From assembly GCA_050747885.1 (NCBI GenBank), contig JBOGJO010000034.1:69-64068 (forward strand): DNA of 64,000 bases, in the 5' to 3' direction. Shown one piece after another: positions 1-10,452 of this stretch. Each line of letters starts with the position of its first letter. Position 1 is the first letter of the stretch. The notes under the pieces are model-generated. The model made no database searches and was not told the origin of the DNA. It was given only the letters and a program-made list of their open reading frames with translations. Made by a program: the position numbers and the translations under genes. Origin of the DNA: Thermoanaerobaculia bacterium (GTDB lineage: Bacteria; Acidobacteriota; Thermoanaerobaculia; UBA5066; DATFVB01).

Positions 1-141
1 CAGCAGGAGACCCAGCCCGCTGACGGTCGTGCCCAGCGCGGGCTGGAAATTCTCGATCCGGATGGCGTCGCTTCCGGCCGCAAACCCGGCCGTCGAAAGG
101 CCCGCCGCCAGCAGGGCAAAACCCGCCAGATTCCTGTTCAT
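1..141 (-). CDS. Partial CDS (N-terminus only): secreted or periplasmic protein with signal peptide, continuing beyond the window start
   Basis: The minus-strand ATG at 141 is preceded by a GGAGGAGG Shine-Dalgarno sequence. Translation MNRNLAGFALLAAGLSTAGFAAGSDAIRIENFQP is a typical signal peptide. The ORF runs off the window edge. Confidence 0.4.
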   Translation of the reverse strand, partial: MNRNLAGFALLAAGLSTAGFAAGSDAIRIENFQPALGTTVSGLGLLL

Positions 142-273
142 GGAACCTCCTCCTCGTGTGTTCTGCCCTGGAATTATCCGCCCGGGGGCGGGTCTTTTCA
201 AATTCTTCTCGGAGTCTCCCGCCCCGGGGCCGTCTGGTATGCCGTCCCGACGGGGAGTAAAGTCTGTGCCGTC

Positions 274-480
274 ATGACTTCAAAATCCCTCTTCCAGCCA
301 ATCCTTCTCGTTTCCGTCGGGTTGCTCGGGATCACCCTCGTGCCCTTCGTGCTGCGAGTGTCCCACTCCGCGCTGCTCTCCAACGACTTCGTTCGGGGCC
401 TCTGGTACGGGCTCTGCCTCGGTCTCGAGATCGTGGGGATCTATCGCCTGGGCAAGGCCAGAAACACGCCTTCGTCCTGA
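274..480 (+). CDS. Small hypothetical membrane protein (2 predicted TM helices)
   Basis: 68-aa ORF with two hydrophobic stretches and GC3-rich codons, lying between two minus-strand genes. No homology recognised. Confidence 0.3.
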   Translation: MTSKSLFQPILLVSVGLLGITLVPFVLRVSHSALLSNDFVRGLWYGLCLGLEIVGIYRLGKARNTPSS

Positions 481-506
481 CCCTTCGTTTCGGCCGGCGG
501 AAATCG

Positions 507-1037
507 TTAAGGCTTCAGGTAGCGGTCGCGCAGGATCCCTTCGTGGTGACGGACGTGCCCCACCATGATGGAGGCGAGCGCCCGAACCGTGAAGGGGTTT
601 CCGCTCGCCGTGCCGGTGCGGCGCCAGGCCTCCGGATCGAGCGTCTCGAAGAAGAGGATGTGGTCCTGGCGGAGGCGCTCGAACTCGCTCGTGAGATGGG
701 CCAACCCGACTCCGGTCGGAGAAGTCCTCATGAAGTCGTCCTGTTCGAAGCCCGGAAGCTCCGTCGCGGCGGCGCGGGCGAACCAGAAGGCTCGAAAAGC
801 GAAAACCCGCTCTGAATCGACGATGTGCCTGAGGACCTGCTCCACGGTCCACTTTTCCGGCGCGTACCGGTGCCCGGTTTTCGACTCGGCGATCGAACGC
901 AGGAAAGAAAGAGTCGGGGAGAGTTGCGTCTCGAGCGCCAGAACGAGATCGGTCTCGGGCACGAGGGACGAGTACTTGTCGTAGTAGGGCGCGTACTCGC
1001 TCGAGATCGGGCGGCCGGAGACGACGGTTCCCTTCAT
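507..1037 (-). CDS. DinB/YfiT-like (DinB_2 superfamily) metal-dependent hydrolase or transferase family protein
   Basis: 176 aa. Four-helix-bundle family signature with conserved His residues (…VLRHIVDSERVF…, …MVGHVRHHEGIL…). Length is typical for the family. Confidence 0.75.
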   Translation of the reverse strand: MKGTVVSGRPISSEYAPYYDKYSSLVPETDLVLALETQLSPTLSFLRSIAESKTGHRYAPEKWTVEQVLRHIVDSERVFAFRAFWFARAAATELPGFEQDDFMRTSPTGVGLAHLTSEFERLRQDHILFFETLDPEAWRRTGTASGNPFTVRALASIMVGHVRHHEGILRDRYLKP

Positions 1038-1188
1038 GGATTCACTTCGCTTTCTCGCCGTTTTGTGAACGATCGGCGGGAGACGGATCCTTCGACCCTT
1101 CTTCGAGGGTCGAGCGTTCGTTCGGTCGTCGTGGTCACTGGCGCGAATTGTACCGAGAACGGCGCGGCCGGCTGTCGGAAACTTGCTC

Positions 1189-3222
1189 TCAAGGCAGGGG
1201 CGTCACGCCGACGGAGCGGTCGAGCTCGGCCGGATCGAATCGCACGCCGTTCTTGACGACCATCATGACCCGCCGGATGTCTCCGATATGCGAGGTCGGA
1301 TCGCCGTCAACAAGGATGAAATCGGCGAGCTTCCCGGCGTGCACCCAACCCAGCTCTCCATTCCTTCCCATCACCGTGGCGGCTCCGAGGGTCGCGAGCT
1401 GGAGGACCTTCGGGGCGGGAATTCCCGCTTCGACGTAGAGCTCCAGTTCGCGGTCGAGAGTAAAGCCCGGCATGCCGTCCGTGCCGGCCACAACTGTGAC
1501 TCCGGCGCGGTAAAGTTCGCCGACCATGCGGAGGAGCGCTCGGAACGAGTCGGCGTACAGCTTCTCTTTCCCCGCCGCCATCGGGAGACCGCTGTTGAGC
1601 AGAGACCTTCGAACCTGCGCGGGCAGCCGGGCGGCGACCGGCTCCAGGCTCGCCGCGACCGACGTGGGGCGTCCCAGGAACATGTCTTCGAAGACGGCGA
1701 CCGTCGGGTCGCAGACGATGTCGTGCGTTTTGAGCAATGAGAGGAAAGACCGGAATTTCTCGGACGAGAAATCAAAACTCGCGGCGTGTTCGGCGACTTC
1801 CGTGAACCGCGCGGGCGTGCGCGTGTCCTTCACTGTGTCGAAGAGAAAATTCAGAAACAGAAAATTCACGTGCTGGATCTCGTCGGCGCCATCCCGGACG
1901 AATTGTTCGGCCGTCATGAACGCCGGCACGTGTCCACTGACACGCAGACCCTTCGCGTGGGCCATCCGGGCGATTGCGGGAACCAGCTCCGGTTTGACCG
2001 AACTGTAGATCTTGATCTGCACGTAGCCGAGCTTCGCGTAGTTGTCGATGGCTTTGCGGGCTTCCTCTTCCGAGTCGGCGAAGACTTTCGTCGGGCCGGT
2101 GTACGGGCCGCGGCCGTCGAGGAGGCCCGCCATCAGAATTCGGGGGCCGACGGATTCCCCGGTATCGAACTTGCGCCGCAGCGCGAGGAGACGGTCCGAA
2201 TCGTTGGCGAGGTCGCGCACGGAGGTCACGCCGGAGGCCAAGTGGAGCACGCCGTCGGCGTCCCCGCCGAGGTGCACGTGCATGTCCCAGAGACCCGGGA
2301 GAAGAGTCTTTCCGCGGGCATCGACGACCTCGGCGCCCGGCGGCACCGGGACGTCGTTGGACGGGCCTGCCGCCTGGATGTGCTCTCCCGCGACGAGAAC
2401 CGTCCAATCATGCCGGACAAGGGCCGTTTCGGAGTCGAAGAGCTCGGCGTGCGTCACGGCGAGGATTCCGGCCGGCCTGTGGGCGAGCGTCTTTTCCCGC
2501 GCCGCCGTTTCGGCCGCAGCGTCGGCGTCCTGCGCCTTCAACAGGTCGGGAACGGCCTTCTCCCAGCCTTTCTGGATCACCGTCATCCATCCGCTCGCCA
2601 GCGCGAAGAACTCCCGGTCCCCGTCGAGCCAGACGGGAGTCGGAGTGAAATCGAGGCCGGAGATGAAATATTCCACGACGGTTCGCTTCCGGCCGCCCGC
2701 CTCGACGGCGAGCTCTCGGCCTTTTCGGATGGAGGCTTCGCCGTCCGGGAGAAGCGCGAGCTTTTCGCCGCGCGCCCGGAGCAGCGCGCGCGCGAGGAAC
2801 CCGATCTCCTGTGGCGCGCCGTTCAAGCTCAGGTAGAACGCCTTGGGATCGGCGGGCTTCTCTCCGCTCTCGGACGCGCTTTTCCAGCGGGCCCTGCCGG
2901 CGGAAATGCCGAATTTTTCGTCCACGGGAACCTTCAGATAATTGACTCCCGAGATCCCGACTCCGGTCGGGATGCCGGACTCGTCGAGACGGAGACGGGA
3001 CGTCAGCTTCGGGCCGCGGCCCCGATCGTTGAATTCGAATTCGATCGTCCACTGGCCGCCAGGCAACGAGGTTGCGGTCTCGGTTCCGGCCGGCTGTTCC
3101 ATCATCAGAACGGAGTACTCGGTCTTGCGGGAAGCCGCCTGGACCGGGGAAACCAAGGCCGAGAGGACGACAACCGCGAAAATGGCGGCCGCCACGGAAA
3201 TTCTTGCCGGCAGGGTTTTCAT
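1189..3222 (-). CDS. Secreted amidohydrolase-family metal-dependent hydrolase (N-terminal uncharacterised domain plus amidohydrolase domain)
   Basis: 677 aa. N-terminal signal peptide MKTLPARISVAAAIFAVVVLSALVSPVQA. Amidohydrolase motifs (…LLPGLWDMHVHLGG…, …GTDG…). Confidence 0.85.
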   Translation of the reverse strand: MKTLPARISVAAAIFAVVVLSALVSPVQAASRKTEYSVLMMEQPAGTETATSLPGGQWTIEFEFNDRGRGPKLTSRLRLDESGIPTGVGISGVNYLKVPVDEKFGISAGRARWKSASESGEKPADPKAFYLSLNGAPQEIGFLARALLRARGEKLALLPDGEASIRKGRELAVEAGGRKRTVVEYFISGLDFTPTPVWLDGDREFFALASGWMTVIQKGWEKAVPDLLKAQDADAAAETAAREKTLAHRPAGILAVTHAELFDSETALVRHDWTVLVAGEHIQAAGPSNDVPVPPGAEVVDARGKTLLPGLWDMHVHLGGDADGVLHLASGVTSVRDLANDSDRLLALRRKFDTGESVGPRILMAGLLDGRGPYTGPTKVFADSEEEARKAIDNYAKLGYVQIKIYSSVKPELVPAIARMAHAKGLRVSGHVPAFMTAEQFVRDGADEIQHVNFLFLNFLFDTVKDTRTPARFTEVAEHAASFDFSSEKFRSFLSLLKTHDIVCDPTVAVFEDMFLGRPTSVAASLEPVAARLPAQVRRSLLNSGLPMAAGKEKLYADSFRALLRMVGELYRAGVTVVAGTDGMPGFTLDRELELYVEAGIPAPKVLQLATLGAATVMGRNGELGWVHAGKLADFILVDGDPTSHIGDIRRVMMVVKNGVRFDPAELDRSVGVTPLP

Positions 3223-3318
3223 GAAATCACCTCGCTTTGATTGACGGCGAAGAATACACCGAGCGGGCCGCGATTCGGAACGCCCGGCGATCGCTCCGCC
3301 GAGCTCGTCGCCCGAAAG

Positions 3319-5609
3319 TCATCGCTGAAAAGCATACGAGAGCTTCAGAAAAATCGATCGTGAGCTGGGTCGGAGTCTTCCGAACGCGTCCCCTTCGCGC
3401 TCGTCGCCGTAGCCCAGGAACGCCACGGTCTGCCAGTTCCAGCGATACGCGAGGAGCGCCGAACCGCTGAAGCTCGATTGCTCCGGCGCCACGGCCGGGA
3501 TGTAGAGAGCGGGGTCCCGCCGGGCCGAGAAATACTGCCCGATCGCCCGCGCAAAGCATTTCGAGGAGAAGTTGTACGTCGCCTTGAGCCGGGCGATCTC
3601 GGCGGTGAAAAGACGGCGGCGGGCGCCGCCGGAATCGACGTCGAGCCACTGTCGGTCGCCGTTGAAATCGAGCTGCAGGCGCGCCGTCGGCTTGACGGTT
3701 GCGGTAAGGCTCAACTCTCCGCCGCGTCCGGGCCGCGCGTTGACGGAGTCGGGACTGTCACCCAGGAAGCCGGACAGAGAGATCCGGGAAAAAACGCGGC
3801 CAGGATCGATGGACAGGCCGTACACGGTGAGCTGCAAATTGGAATCGACGACGGTTTCCCGGATCCGATCTTTCTCCCGGACCGTCAGATCGATCTCGCC
3901 GCCGAGATTTCGGATCCCGCTCGGGGCGGCGTAGAAGCCGCATTGCCTCTGAACCAGGGCTCCGCCGGGTCGAGAGAAGTAGTCGCAATAGATTCCGCCC
4001 TGAAGCTGGGAGAGGGCCCCCAGGTCGTAAACGTTGCGCGCCGCGACGACCTTCTCATGGCGGATCCCCACCTGAGGGATGAAGCCGTCGTCGGCGCGAA
4101 AACCGTCGCCGAGATCCTCGTGAAGCACCTGAAAGTGCCATTGAGGGTCATTGTGGGACCACCGCAGCGAGAGCGCCCGGGAGAAGAATTGCCGACCGAC
4201 CCAACCGGAGAAGAGGTCGGGTCGGTCGGGGGTTCGGGTGTCGCTCACGAGGAACTGACCCGTGAGCGTGTCATGCGCGCCGCCGCGCCACTGAGAGTCG
4301 GCGCCAAAGACGCGGTTGTGCCCGCCGCCCGCGGCCGGGGAGTTTTCCCGATCCGTGAAGAGCAGGCCCGCGAACGACGTTCCGAGGTCTTTCCTGAGCC
4401 TTCCGACGGCCGCGATCGAAGAGCCGTCCTGCGGCGCAGAGGCCGATTCGGTGGGACCCGGAATGACGACGGTTCCGCCGCCCCTGTCCTGGGCCACGAG
4501 CAGGGTGTACGACGAATCGTCCCATCGCCCCGTCGCGCGGGCCCCCCACCGCGGCGACGTGATCGTGCGAGTGGAAATCGCCGAGAACGGTGTTTGAAGG
4601 AGATCGACGCCCTCCAGAAAGAAAGGGCGCTTTTCCGGAAAGGTCAGCGCGAACCGGTTGTTGACCGAGATCTGGCCGACGTCGGATTCGACCTGGGAGA
4701 AATCCGGGTTGATCGTGGCGTCGAGGGCCGTGGCTGCCGACGGCGTCCATTTGAGGTCGATTCCCCCGTTGCCTCGGATCGGGCGGTTGCGAAGAATCCC
4801 GCCCGCGGCGTTCGCGGGAAGGGAGTTTTCAGAAAGCGTCGCATAGGGCGCCGCCACGAAGTGGCCTCCCTTCGGAAGGTCGAGGAGACCCGTCAGCGAC
4901 GTCGAACGGCACACGAGGCAATTCGAGTTGCGAGGGATCGCGGCACTGGAGAATGTGTGGCGAAAATTTCTCGGATAGTTTCTTTGAATCAAGACACCCC
5001 AATCCTTTGCGGAGTCGCCGGAGTACCGCAGTGAGGAAAAAGGGATTCGGACCTCCGCCTGCCAGCCCGTGGAGCTGATGCGGGCGTCGGAATCGAAGAA
5101 GAAATCCGGCGTGAGGTCCTCGCTCAAACTGGCGTCGGCGAACACGCCGTCGGTCTGCTGCCCCCGGGGGTTGACGCGGAATTCCATGGCGGATCGCCGT
5201 CCTCCCCGAGTGTCGAGGAATACCGTCACGCTGTCGTCGCTCGTCGAGATGTTGTCCCGATCGACACGTGGAGCGCGAATCCTCCACGGCTCCGGGTCCG
5301 AGCAGAGGAAGCCGAGATAGAGGTATTGCCGGTTGTAGGCGAGGATGACGACGGTCGAGACAGTCGGAGGATGTTGTCGCCGGGAGAGGTCTCGGCGAAC
5401 GCTTCGATTCGGGCAGCTCCGTTCCAACCGGGGTCCGAGAGGTCGCCGTCGATCCGGATCGGTCCGGCAGCGCGGTGGATTTCGACCGCCGGGCCGCCGG
5501 GCAGCGGGGCGCCCGACAGCAACGCTGTCAGCAGCCAGAGAAATCCGGCGAGCAGGGCCTTCAGGGGAGCGCCTCTGCCGCGAGACTCCCCGAGGCCCCC
5601 CCTTCCCAC
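3319..5609 (-). CDS. CBM9/DOMON-like plus DUF5916-type secreted protein, with an apparent frameshift near 5350-5376 (possible pseudogene or assembly indel)
   Basis: The N-terminal part (frame of ORF 5226..5609) has a signal peptide and the IDGDLSDPGWNGAARIEAF motif. The rest (ORF 3319..5427, other frame) continues with …ILAYNRQYLYLGFLCSDPEPWRIRAPRVDRDNISTSDDSVTVFLD…, characteristic of this family. The two frames overlap between 5226 and 5427. Confidence 0.55.
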
Positions 5610-6796
5610 CGCGCCCCGATCCGGAAGCTCAGCGCGGTCCAGAGGACGCCAATCGGAATCGCGAACGCGACGGTCTGCGCCAGCGAGACTCCCCGGCCGT
5701 GCAGCGCCGAAAGAACCCAGGCGCTGGCCGCGTCACTTCCGCGGTAGACGATCGTGTCGAGGACGCTCTTGGCCTTGTAACGGGTCTCCGCGTCGAGGGA
5801 CACGAAAAGGACTTCGCGAGCCGGGCGACCCACGGCGAAATGCAGGGCCCGGTGGACGACCATCAGCGAAACGAGGACGCCGAGACCGGGCGCCGCGAGA
5901 AGGCCGGCAAAGCCGAGCGTCACGGCTCCCGCCACGAAGGCCAATCCTGCGCCGACGCCCCATCGACGCAGCAGAGGGCCGGTGGCGCTGAGTTGGAGGA
6001 AGACGGAGAGACCGTTCACGGCGAGGTCGATCAGGGCGAAGAGACGCGTGCGCTCTCCCGGGGAAGACACGGCTTTGCCGACGATCTCGACCTGGGCGAA
6101 GTACAGGACCGTGGACAGGAAGGACGTGCAGACGACGATTCCGGCGATGCCGCGCAGGAACGGGGATCGCAGGGATCGAGAAATGCCGGAAAGGGCGCGT
6201 CCGCCGATTGGCGATGCGTCGATGCCGGAGAGCAGCGTCCTCGAGATTCCGAAACACAGGAGCAGGAACGAGGCCGCCAGGACCAGAAGGATCGCGGGTC
6301 CTCCGACCCGGGGTGCGAGCCACGCCGTCACGGCGGGTCCGGCGAGCGCTCCCGCACTGCCTCCCGCGGCGACGAACCCGAAATGTCTCTTCGCCTCTTC
6401 ACGGTTGAAAAGGTCCGACATGAGGCTCCAGGAAATCGAGATGGCAAAAAGGCTGAACACGTTGAGCAGGATGAAAAAGGCGGGAACAGCGGCCCGGAGC
6501 GCTGCGGCGCTTCCCGGGAGAGACGCGAAAACGAGGAACGTCGCCGCGAACACGAGATGTGCCGCGGGAAGAAAGCGCCGCCGGGGCAGGCGGCCGGCGA
6601 GCCAGCCGAAGAGGGCGACGCAGAGGCCGATCGCGACGAACGTGCCCGAAAAGAGCCACGGGAGCTTTCCGACGCCCTCCCGAACGCTCATCTCGTCGCG
6701 AAGCGGACGCAAGAGGGAATAGCTTGCCAGAAGAGCGAAGAAATACAGGAACGAGAGCCGGGCTCTTCGGGAGATCGGCCGATCCCGGGGCGCCAT
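5561..6796 (-). CDS. MFS-type membrane transporter; N-terminus resembles nucleotide (Tlc/Npt-like) transporter signature
   Basis: 411 aa with about 10-12 hydrophobic helices. N-terminal FLYFFALLASYSLLRPLRDE resembles the F..F.Y..LR..KD motif of Tlc/Npt-family carriers. The ATG lies 3 nt after the stop of the upstream gene. Confidence 0.55.
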   Translation of the reverse strand: MAPRDRPISRRARLSFLYFFALLASYSLLRPLRDEMSVREGVGKLPWLFSGTFVAIGLCVALFGWLAGRLPRRRFLPAAHLVFAATFLVFASLPGSAAALRAAVPAFFILLNVFSLFAISISWSLMSDLFNREEAKRHFGFVAAGGSAGALAGPAVTAWLAPRVGGPAILLVLAASFLLLCFGISRTLLSGIDASPIGGRALSGISRSLRSPFLRGIAGIVVCTSFLSTVLYFAQVEIVGKAVSSPGERTRLFALIDLAVNGLSVFLQLSATGPLLRRWGVGAGLAFVAGAVTLGFAGLLAAPGLGVLVSLMVVHRALHFAVGRPAREVLFVSLDAETRYKAKSVLDTIVYRGSDAASAWVLSALHGRGVSLAQTVAFAIPIGVLWTALSFRIGARWEGGASGSLAAEALP

Positions 6797-6799
6797 GCT

Positions 6800-7738
6800 T
6801 CAATACCCGCCGACGAGGTCCGCCATCCGCTGGCGGAGCCTTTCGTTCGGGAGCTCTCCCCGGCCGGCTCCGAGGTTGTCCTCCAGGTGCCTCGGATCGT
6901 CCGTCGCGGGGATCACGCAGGTCACGGCGGGGTTTCCCAGTATCCATTTCAGGAAGAACTGGGCCCAGGACCGGGCGTCGACGTCGGCGGCCCAGTCCGG
7001 AAGAGGGCGTTTTCCGACGCGGCGAAACAGCTCTCCTTCCGCAAACGGTCGGTTCGCGATTACGGCGACGCCCCGGTCGGCGGCAAGTGGAAGCAGCCGT
7101 TCCCCGGCCTTCCTTTCCAGCAGCGAATAGTTGATCTGAACGAAGTCGAGCTTTTGGGAACGCAGGACCCGCTCGACCTCTTCGTCAGCGCTTTCGAGGT
7201 AATGAGTGATTCCGACGTATCGGACGCGGCCCTGCGCCTTCCATTCCAACAGCGTCGGAAGCTGGGTGCGAACATCGACCAGGTTGTGAACCTGCATCAG
7301 GTCGATGCGGTCGACACCGAGCGATCGGAAGGACCGCTCCATCTGTTCGATTCCCGCCTGTCTTCCCTCGGTCCAGACTTTGTCGGCGAGGAAGAGGGAC
7401 TTGCGCAGACGGCGCCTCGCGACCATCTCCCCGAGGACCGCTTCGGATCGGCCGTACATCGGGGAGCCGTCGATCAACCCTCCGGGGTTTCGAGCGAAAA
7501 GCGAAAGGACTTCCTCCAGGCGCCCGGTCTGCCGGGCCGACGCGCCGACATCGAAAGTCCGCCAGGTTCCGAGGCCGACGACGGGAAGAAGCTCCCCGGT
7601 GGCGGGTATCGGGCGCGAGCGAGACTTGTCGCGGGAAAGAACGGGTCGCGCGCCGAACAGCCCGCAGGCGGCCAATCCCGCCAGTCCAAGCGCCTCGCGC
7701 CGAGAGAGTCCTTCCCGATCCGCCATCGGGGCGGACAC
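6800..7738 (-). CDS. Aldo/keto reductase family oxidoreductase with possible Tat signal
   Basis: 312 aa. AKR motifs (…LPVVGLGTW…, …IDLMQVHN…). N-terminus SRREALGLAGLAACGLFGA is Tat-like. Confidence 0.85.
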   Translation of the reverse strand: MSAPMADREGLSRREALGLAGLAACGLFGARPVLSRDKSRSRPIPATGELLPVVGLGTWRTFDVGASARQTGRLEEVLSLFARNPGGLIDGSPMYGRSEAVLGEMVARRRLRKSLFLADKVWTEGRQAGIEQMERSFRSLGVDRIDLMQVHNLVDVRTQLPTLLEWKAQGRVRYVGITHYLESADEEVERVLRSQKLDFVQINYSLLERKAGERLLPLAADRGVAVIANRPFAEGELFRRVGKRPLPDWAADVDARSWAQFFLKWILGNPAVTCVIPATDDPRHLEDNLGAGRGELPNERLRQRMADLVGGY

Positions 7739-7815
7739 TAGGACCCGGGCGGCCCGGGCGGGAAGGTTTTGCGTTCAGGCGAGTGAGGGGTCGATGAACC
7801 GGGGATCGGTCGCGA

Positions 7816-8598
7816 TCAGGCGCCGGGCCCCGTCAGCCGGTCGATGGCCGCCCGAAAGGTCCGGGAGAGCCGCAGCTCCGTTCCGTCGCGAAGCAGAACG
7901 GCGTAGTCCCCGTTCTCGAAGGAACGCAGCTCCTGGACCCGATCCACGTTCACGATCGTCGACCGGTGGATGCGCAGGAATTTCCGCGGGCCGAGAGTCT
8001 TTTCGGCGCCCGCCATCGTTTCCCGGACGAGCCAGGCTTTCGTGCCGGCGTGCAGCTTCACGTAGTCGCCCTCGGCCTGCACCCAATCGATTTCGGCGTG
8101 GCGGACCAGGATCATCCTTCCCTTCGATCGGACGACATAGTGGTCCGCCGCGGGTGTCCGGCGTTTTCCCTCCCGGGAGATCATCTCCCCGACCACCGAG
8201 GCCACGCGGCGTCCGATTTCGCCGTCGCGTTCGCGCGCGATGGTCCGAAGGGCGCGGGCCAGCGTCTCCGCGAAGCGCTCCTCGTCGATCGGTTTCAACA
8301 GGTAATCGAGGGCGTGGACTTCGAAGGCGCGAACGGCGTAGCGGTCGAACGCCGTCACGAAGACGACGTGGGGCCGCTCCTCTTCGCCGATCGCGGCCAG
8401 GACGTCGAAACCCGAAAGCCCGGGCATCTGCACGTCGAGAAACAGGAGGTCGGGCCGCAGGCGGCGCACGGAATCGATCGCTTCGCGGCCATTGGCGCAC
8501 GCGGCGACCACCTCGACGCTTCCGGACTTCTCGAGCCGCGAGACGACGCCCCGGCGGCCGAGCGCCTCGTCGTCCACCACGATGGCGCGGTAGGTCAT
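7816..8598 (-). CDS. LytR/AlgR-family response regulator (REC plus LytTR DNA-binding domain)
   Basis: Starts MTYRAIVVDDE…, with the phospho-acceptor context LDVQMPGLSG. The C-terminal LytTR domain includes …FLRIHRSTIVNVDRV…. The ATG at 8598 lies 4 nt after the kinase stop. Confidence 0.85.
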   Translation of the reverse strand: MTYRAIVVDDEALGRRGVVSRLEKSGSVEVVAACANGREAIDSVRRLRPDLLFLDVQMPGLSGFDVLAAIGEEERPHVVFVTAFDRYAVRAFEVHALDYLLKPIDEERFAETLARALRTIARERDGEIGRRVASVVGEMISREGKRRTPAADHYVVRSKGRMILVRHAEIDWVQAEGDYVKLHAGTKAWLVRETMAGAEKTLGPRKFLRIHRSTIVNVDRVQELRSFENGDYAVLLRDGTELRLSRTFRAAIDRLTGPGA

Positions 8599-8602
8599 CC
8601 GC

Positions 8603-9754
8603 TCAGCCCTCCGCCGGAGAGTGCCGCCATGGCAATCGGACGGAAACGGCCATTCCGCCCCGCGCGCTGCGTCCGAGCCGAAGCTCCGCGTCGGAGCCGT
8701 ACAGCTCGAGGAGACGAGTCCGGGTATTCGACAGGCCCACGCCCGCGCGCGGCGGCTCGCCGATCGAGAGTCCCGGCCCGTCGTCCTCGACGTCGAGCAC
8801 GAGACACCCGTCCTGCCGGCGCGCCGCCACCGAGATCGAGCCGCCGGCTTCCCGGACCTGAACACCGTGCCGCACGGCGTTTTCGACGAGTGGCTGCAGG
8901 ATCATCGGGGGAACGAGGGCGTCGCCCGTCCCCGGGTCCATGGCGATTGCGACCTTCAACCTCTCGCCGAATCGGATCTCCTCGATTTCCAGGTACTGGC
9001 GCGCGAAGTCGATTTCTTCCGCGAGGGGGATCTCCTCGCACTCCGGCCTCTCCAGGGTCGCGCGCAAGAAATCGCCGAGGCGGGACAGCATCCGGTTCGC
9101 CTCGGGGCCCCGCGAGTCCGCGACGAGCGTGGAAATCGCGTTCAACGTGTTGAAAAGGAAGTGCGGGTTCAGTTGAAAACGAAGGGCTCGCAAGCGAGCC
9201 GCGTGCGCCAGGGATTCCGCTCTCAAGGCTCGCTCGCGCTGCTCGAGGAGATCGAGATACGCCGGGATGCCGAAATACAGGGCGCTCCACGCGAGAAGAA
9301 GGAAGAAGTAATAAATCGTGTTGAGAAAATCCGGAAAGCTCGCCGCCGCCCGGGCAAGAGAGTCGGGCGCCCTCCGGCCGAAAGCCTCGAGGACGAAGTG
9401 CTGGGCGGCCATCCAAACGCCGGCGCCCGCAAACGACACGGGAATCGCGGAGGCGACGAGCGCGGGAACCGGCAAACCGCGCCGCGCACCGGACCGATAG
9501 GCGAGCCGGAGCCCGAGGGTGACGGCGAAACCGAGAACCGTGAGGCTGGATTTGTTCAACAGGGTATACGCGGTCGTCCATTGGGAGAGCCCGGCCGCGA
9601 CCATGGCCGCTCCGAAAAGGCCCCAGCCGGAGGCCTGGAGGATCCAGAACAGCGAGCGGCGATTCGGGCGTTTCAGTCGGAAGCTCCCCGCGTCATGACG
9701 CGAGGGAAACTGTAGCACGCGTCTTCCGGGGTCCGGCCGTGAGCCCGGGCCCAT
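8603..9754 (-). CDS. LytS-type sensor histidine kinase (multi-TM sensor, His_kinase and HATPase_c domains)
   Basis: Polytopic N-terminal region. H-box …LRFQLNPHFLFNTLNAISTLV… matches Pfam His_kinase (PF06580). C-terminal ATPase motifs (…LVENAVRHG…, …DDGPG…, …GVGLSNT…). An alternative GTG start at 9718 is possible. Confidence 0.8.
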   Translation of the reverse strand: MGPGSRPDPGRRVLQFPSRHDAGSFRLKRPNRRSLFWILQASGWGLFGAAMVAAGLSQWTTAYTLLNKSSLTVLGFAVTLGLRLAYRSGARRGLPVPALVASAIPVSFAGAGVWMAAQHFVLEAFGRRAPDSLARAAASFPDFLNTIYYFFLLLAWSALYFGIPAYLDLLEQRERALRAESLAHAARLRALRFQLNPHFLFNTLNAISTLVADSRGPEANRMLSRLGDFLRATLERPECEEIPLAEEIDFARQYLEIEEIRFGERLKVAIAMDPGTGDALVPPMILQPLVENAVRHGVQVREAGGSISVAARRQDGCLVLDVEDDGPGLSIGEPPRAGVGLSNTRTRLLELYGSDAELRLGRSARGGMAVSVRLPWRHSPAEG

Positions 9755-9870
9755 GAAGCGTCGACGCGCCCGACCGCGCCGACCTTCGCCGCTGAATTGA
9801 AGCGACTCCGGGCAAGATCATGGTAGCGGCCGCACGTTGGGGACGGCTACGCTCGACCTCAGAGGTTGAA

Positions 9871-10452
9871 ATGAAACGGAACTTCTGGCGAGGCGCGGCT
9901 CTTGCCGCGGCAATCATGGGTCTTTCCGCGGCCCGGCTCGCGAGAGCCGGGGCTGCGGGTCTCTGCGAGAGCGATCCCGCGTTTCACCGTCTGGATTTCT
10001 GGGTCGGAGATTGGGATGTCTACGACTCCGGGACCTCGGTCAAAGCCGGTTCGAGCGCCTTGAAGAAGATCCTCAAGGGTTGCGCGATTTCGGTCGACTG
10101 GCTTGAAGCCGACGGGAAAGGTGAAATCCAGGAGTTGTTCTTTTACGAGAAAGCCCGCGACCTGTGGCACCAGGTGTGGATCTCCGATGCCGGGCCGACG
10201 AAAGAAAGGCGCGCCACCGCAGGCGGACCGGCGGGCTCCCTGCGATTCCTCGGCGACGTGCTCATGTTGGACGGGCGTTCGTATCTGGACCGCAGCACGG
10301 TGACGCCGATGCCCGCTGGCGGAGTCCATCAGCTCATCGAGATCTCGAGGGACGGGGGCTCGACGTGGCAAGCGACCTTCGACGCGGTCTACCGGCGGAG
10401 GGTTTCCAGGAGCGTCAGCGGAGAGCCGGGTCCAGGACGCAGCGGACGCTGA
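9871..10452 (+). CDS. Secreted hypothetical protein
   Basis: ATG at 9871 follows a GAGG Shine-Dalgarno sequence. Signal peptide MKRNFWRGAALAAAIMGLSAARLARA. No family recognised. Confidence 0.5.
   Translation: MKRNFWRGAALAAAIMGLSAARLARAGAAGLCESDPAFHRLDFWVGDWDVYDSGTSVKAGSSALKKILKGCAISVDWLEADGKGEIQELFFYEKARDLWHQVWISDAGPTKERRATAGGPAGSLRFLGDVLMLDGRSYLDRSTVTPMPAGGVHQLIEISRDGGSTWQATFDAVYRRRVSRSVSGEPGPGRSGR

Noticed and set aside
5345-7741. 798-aa plus-strand ORF, with similar very long ORFs at 7305..8861, 7966..9153, 35582..38200(-), 53635..56541(+), 60586..62805(-) and 61587..62924(+)
   Set aside because: They run antisense or out of frame to well-supported genes. Their translations are Arg/Gly/Pro-rich low-complexity sequence typical of high-GC shadow ORFs. 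No domains are recognisable.
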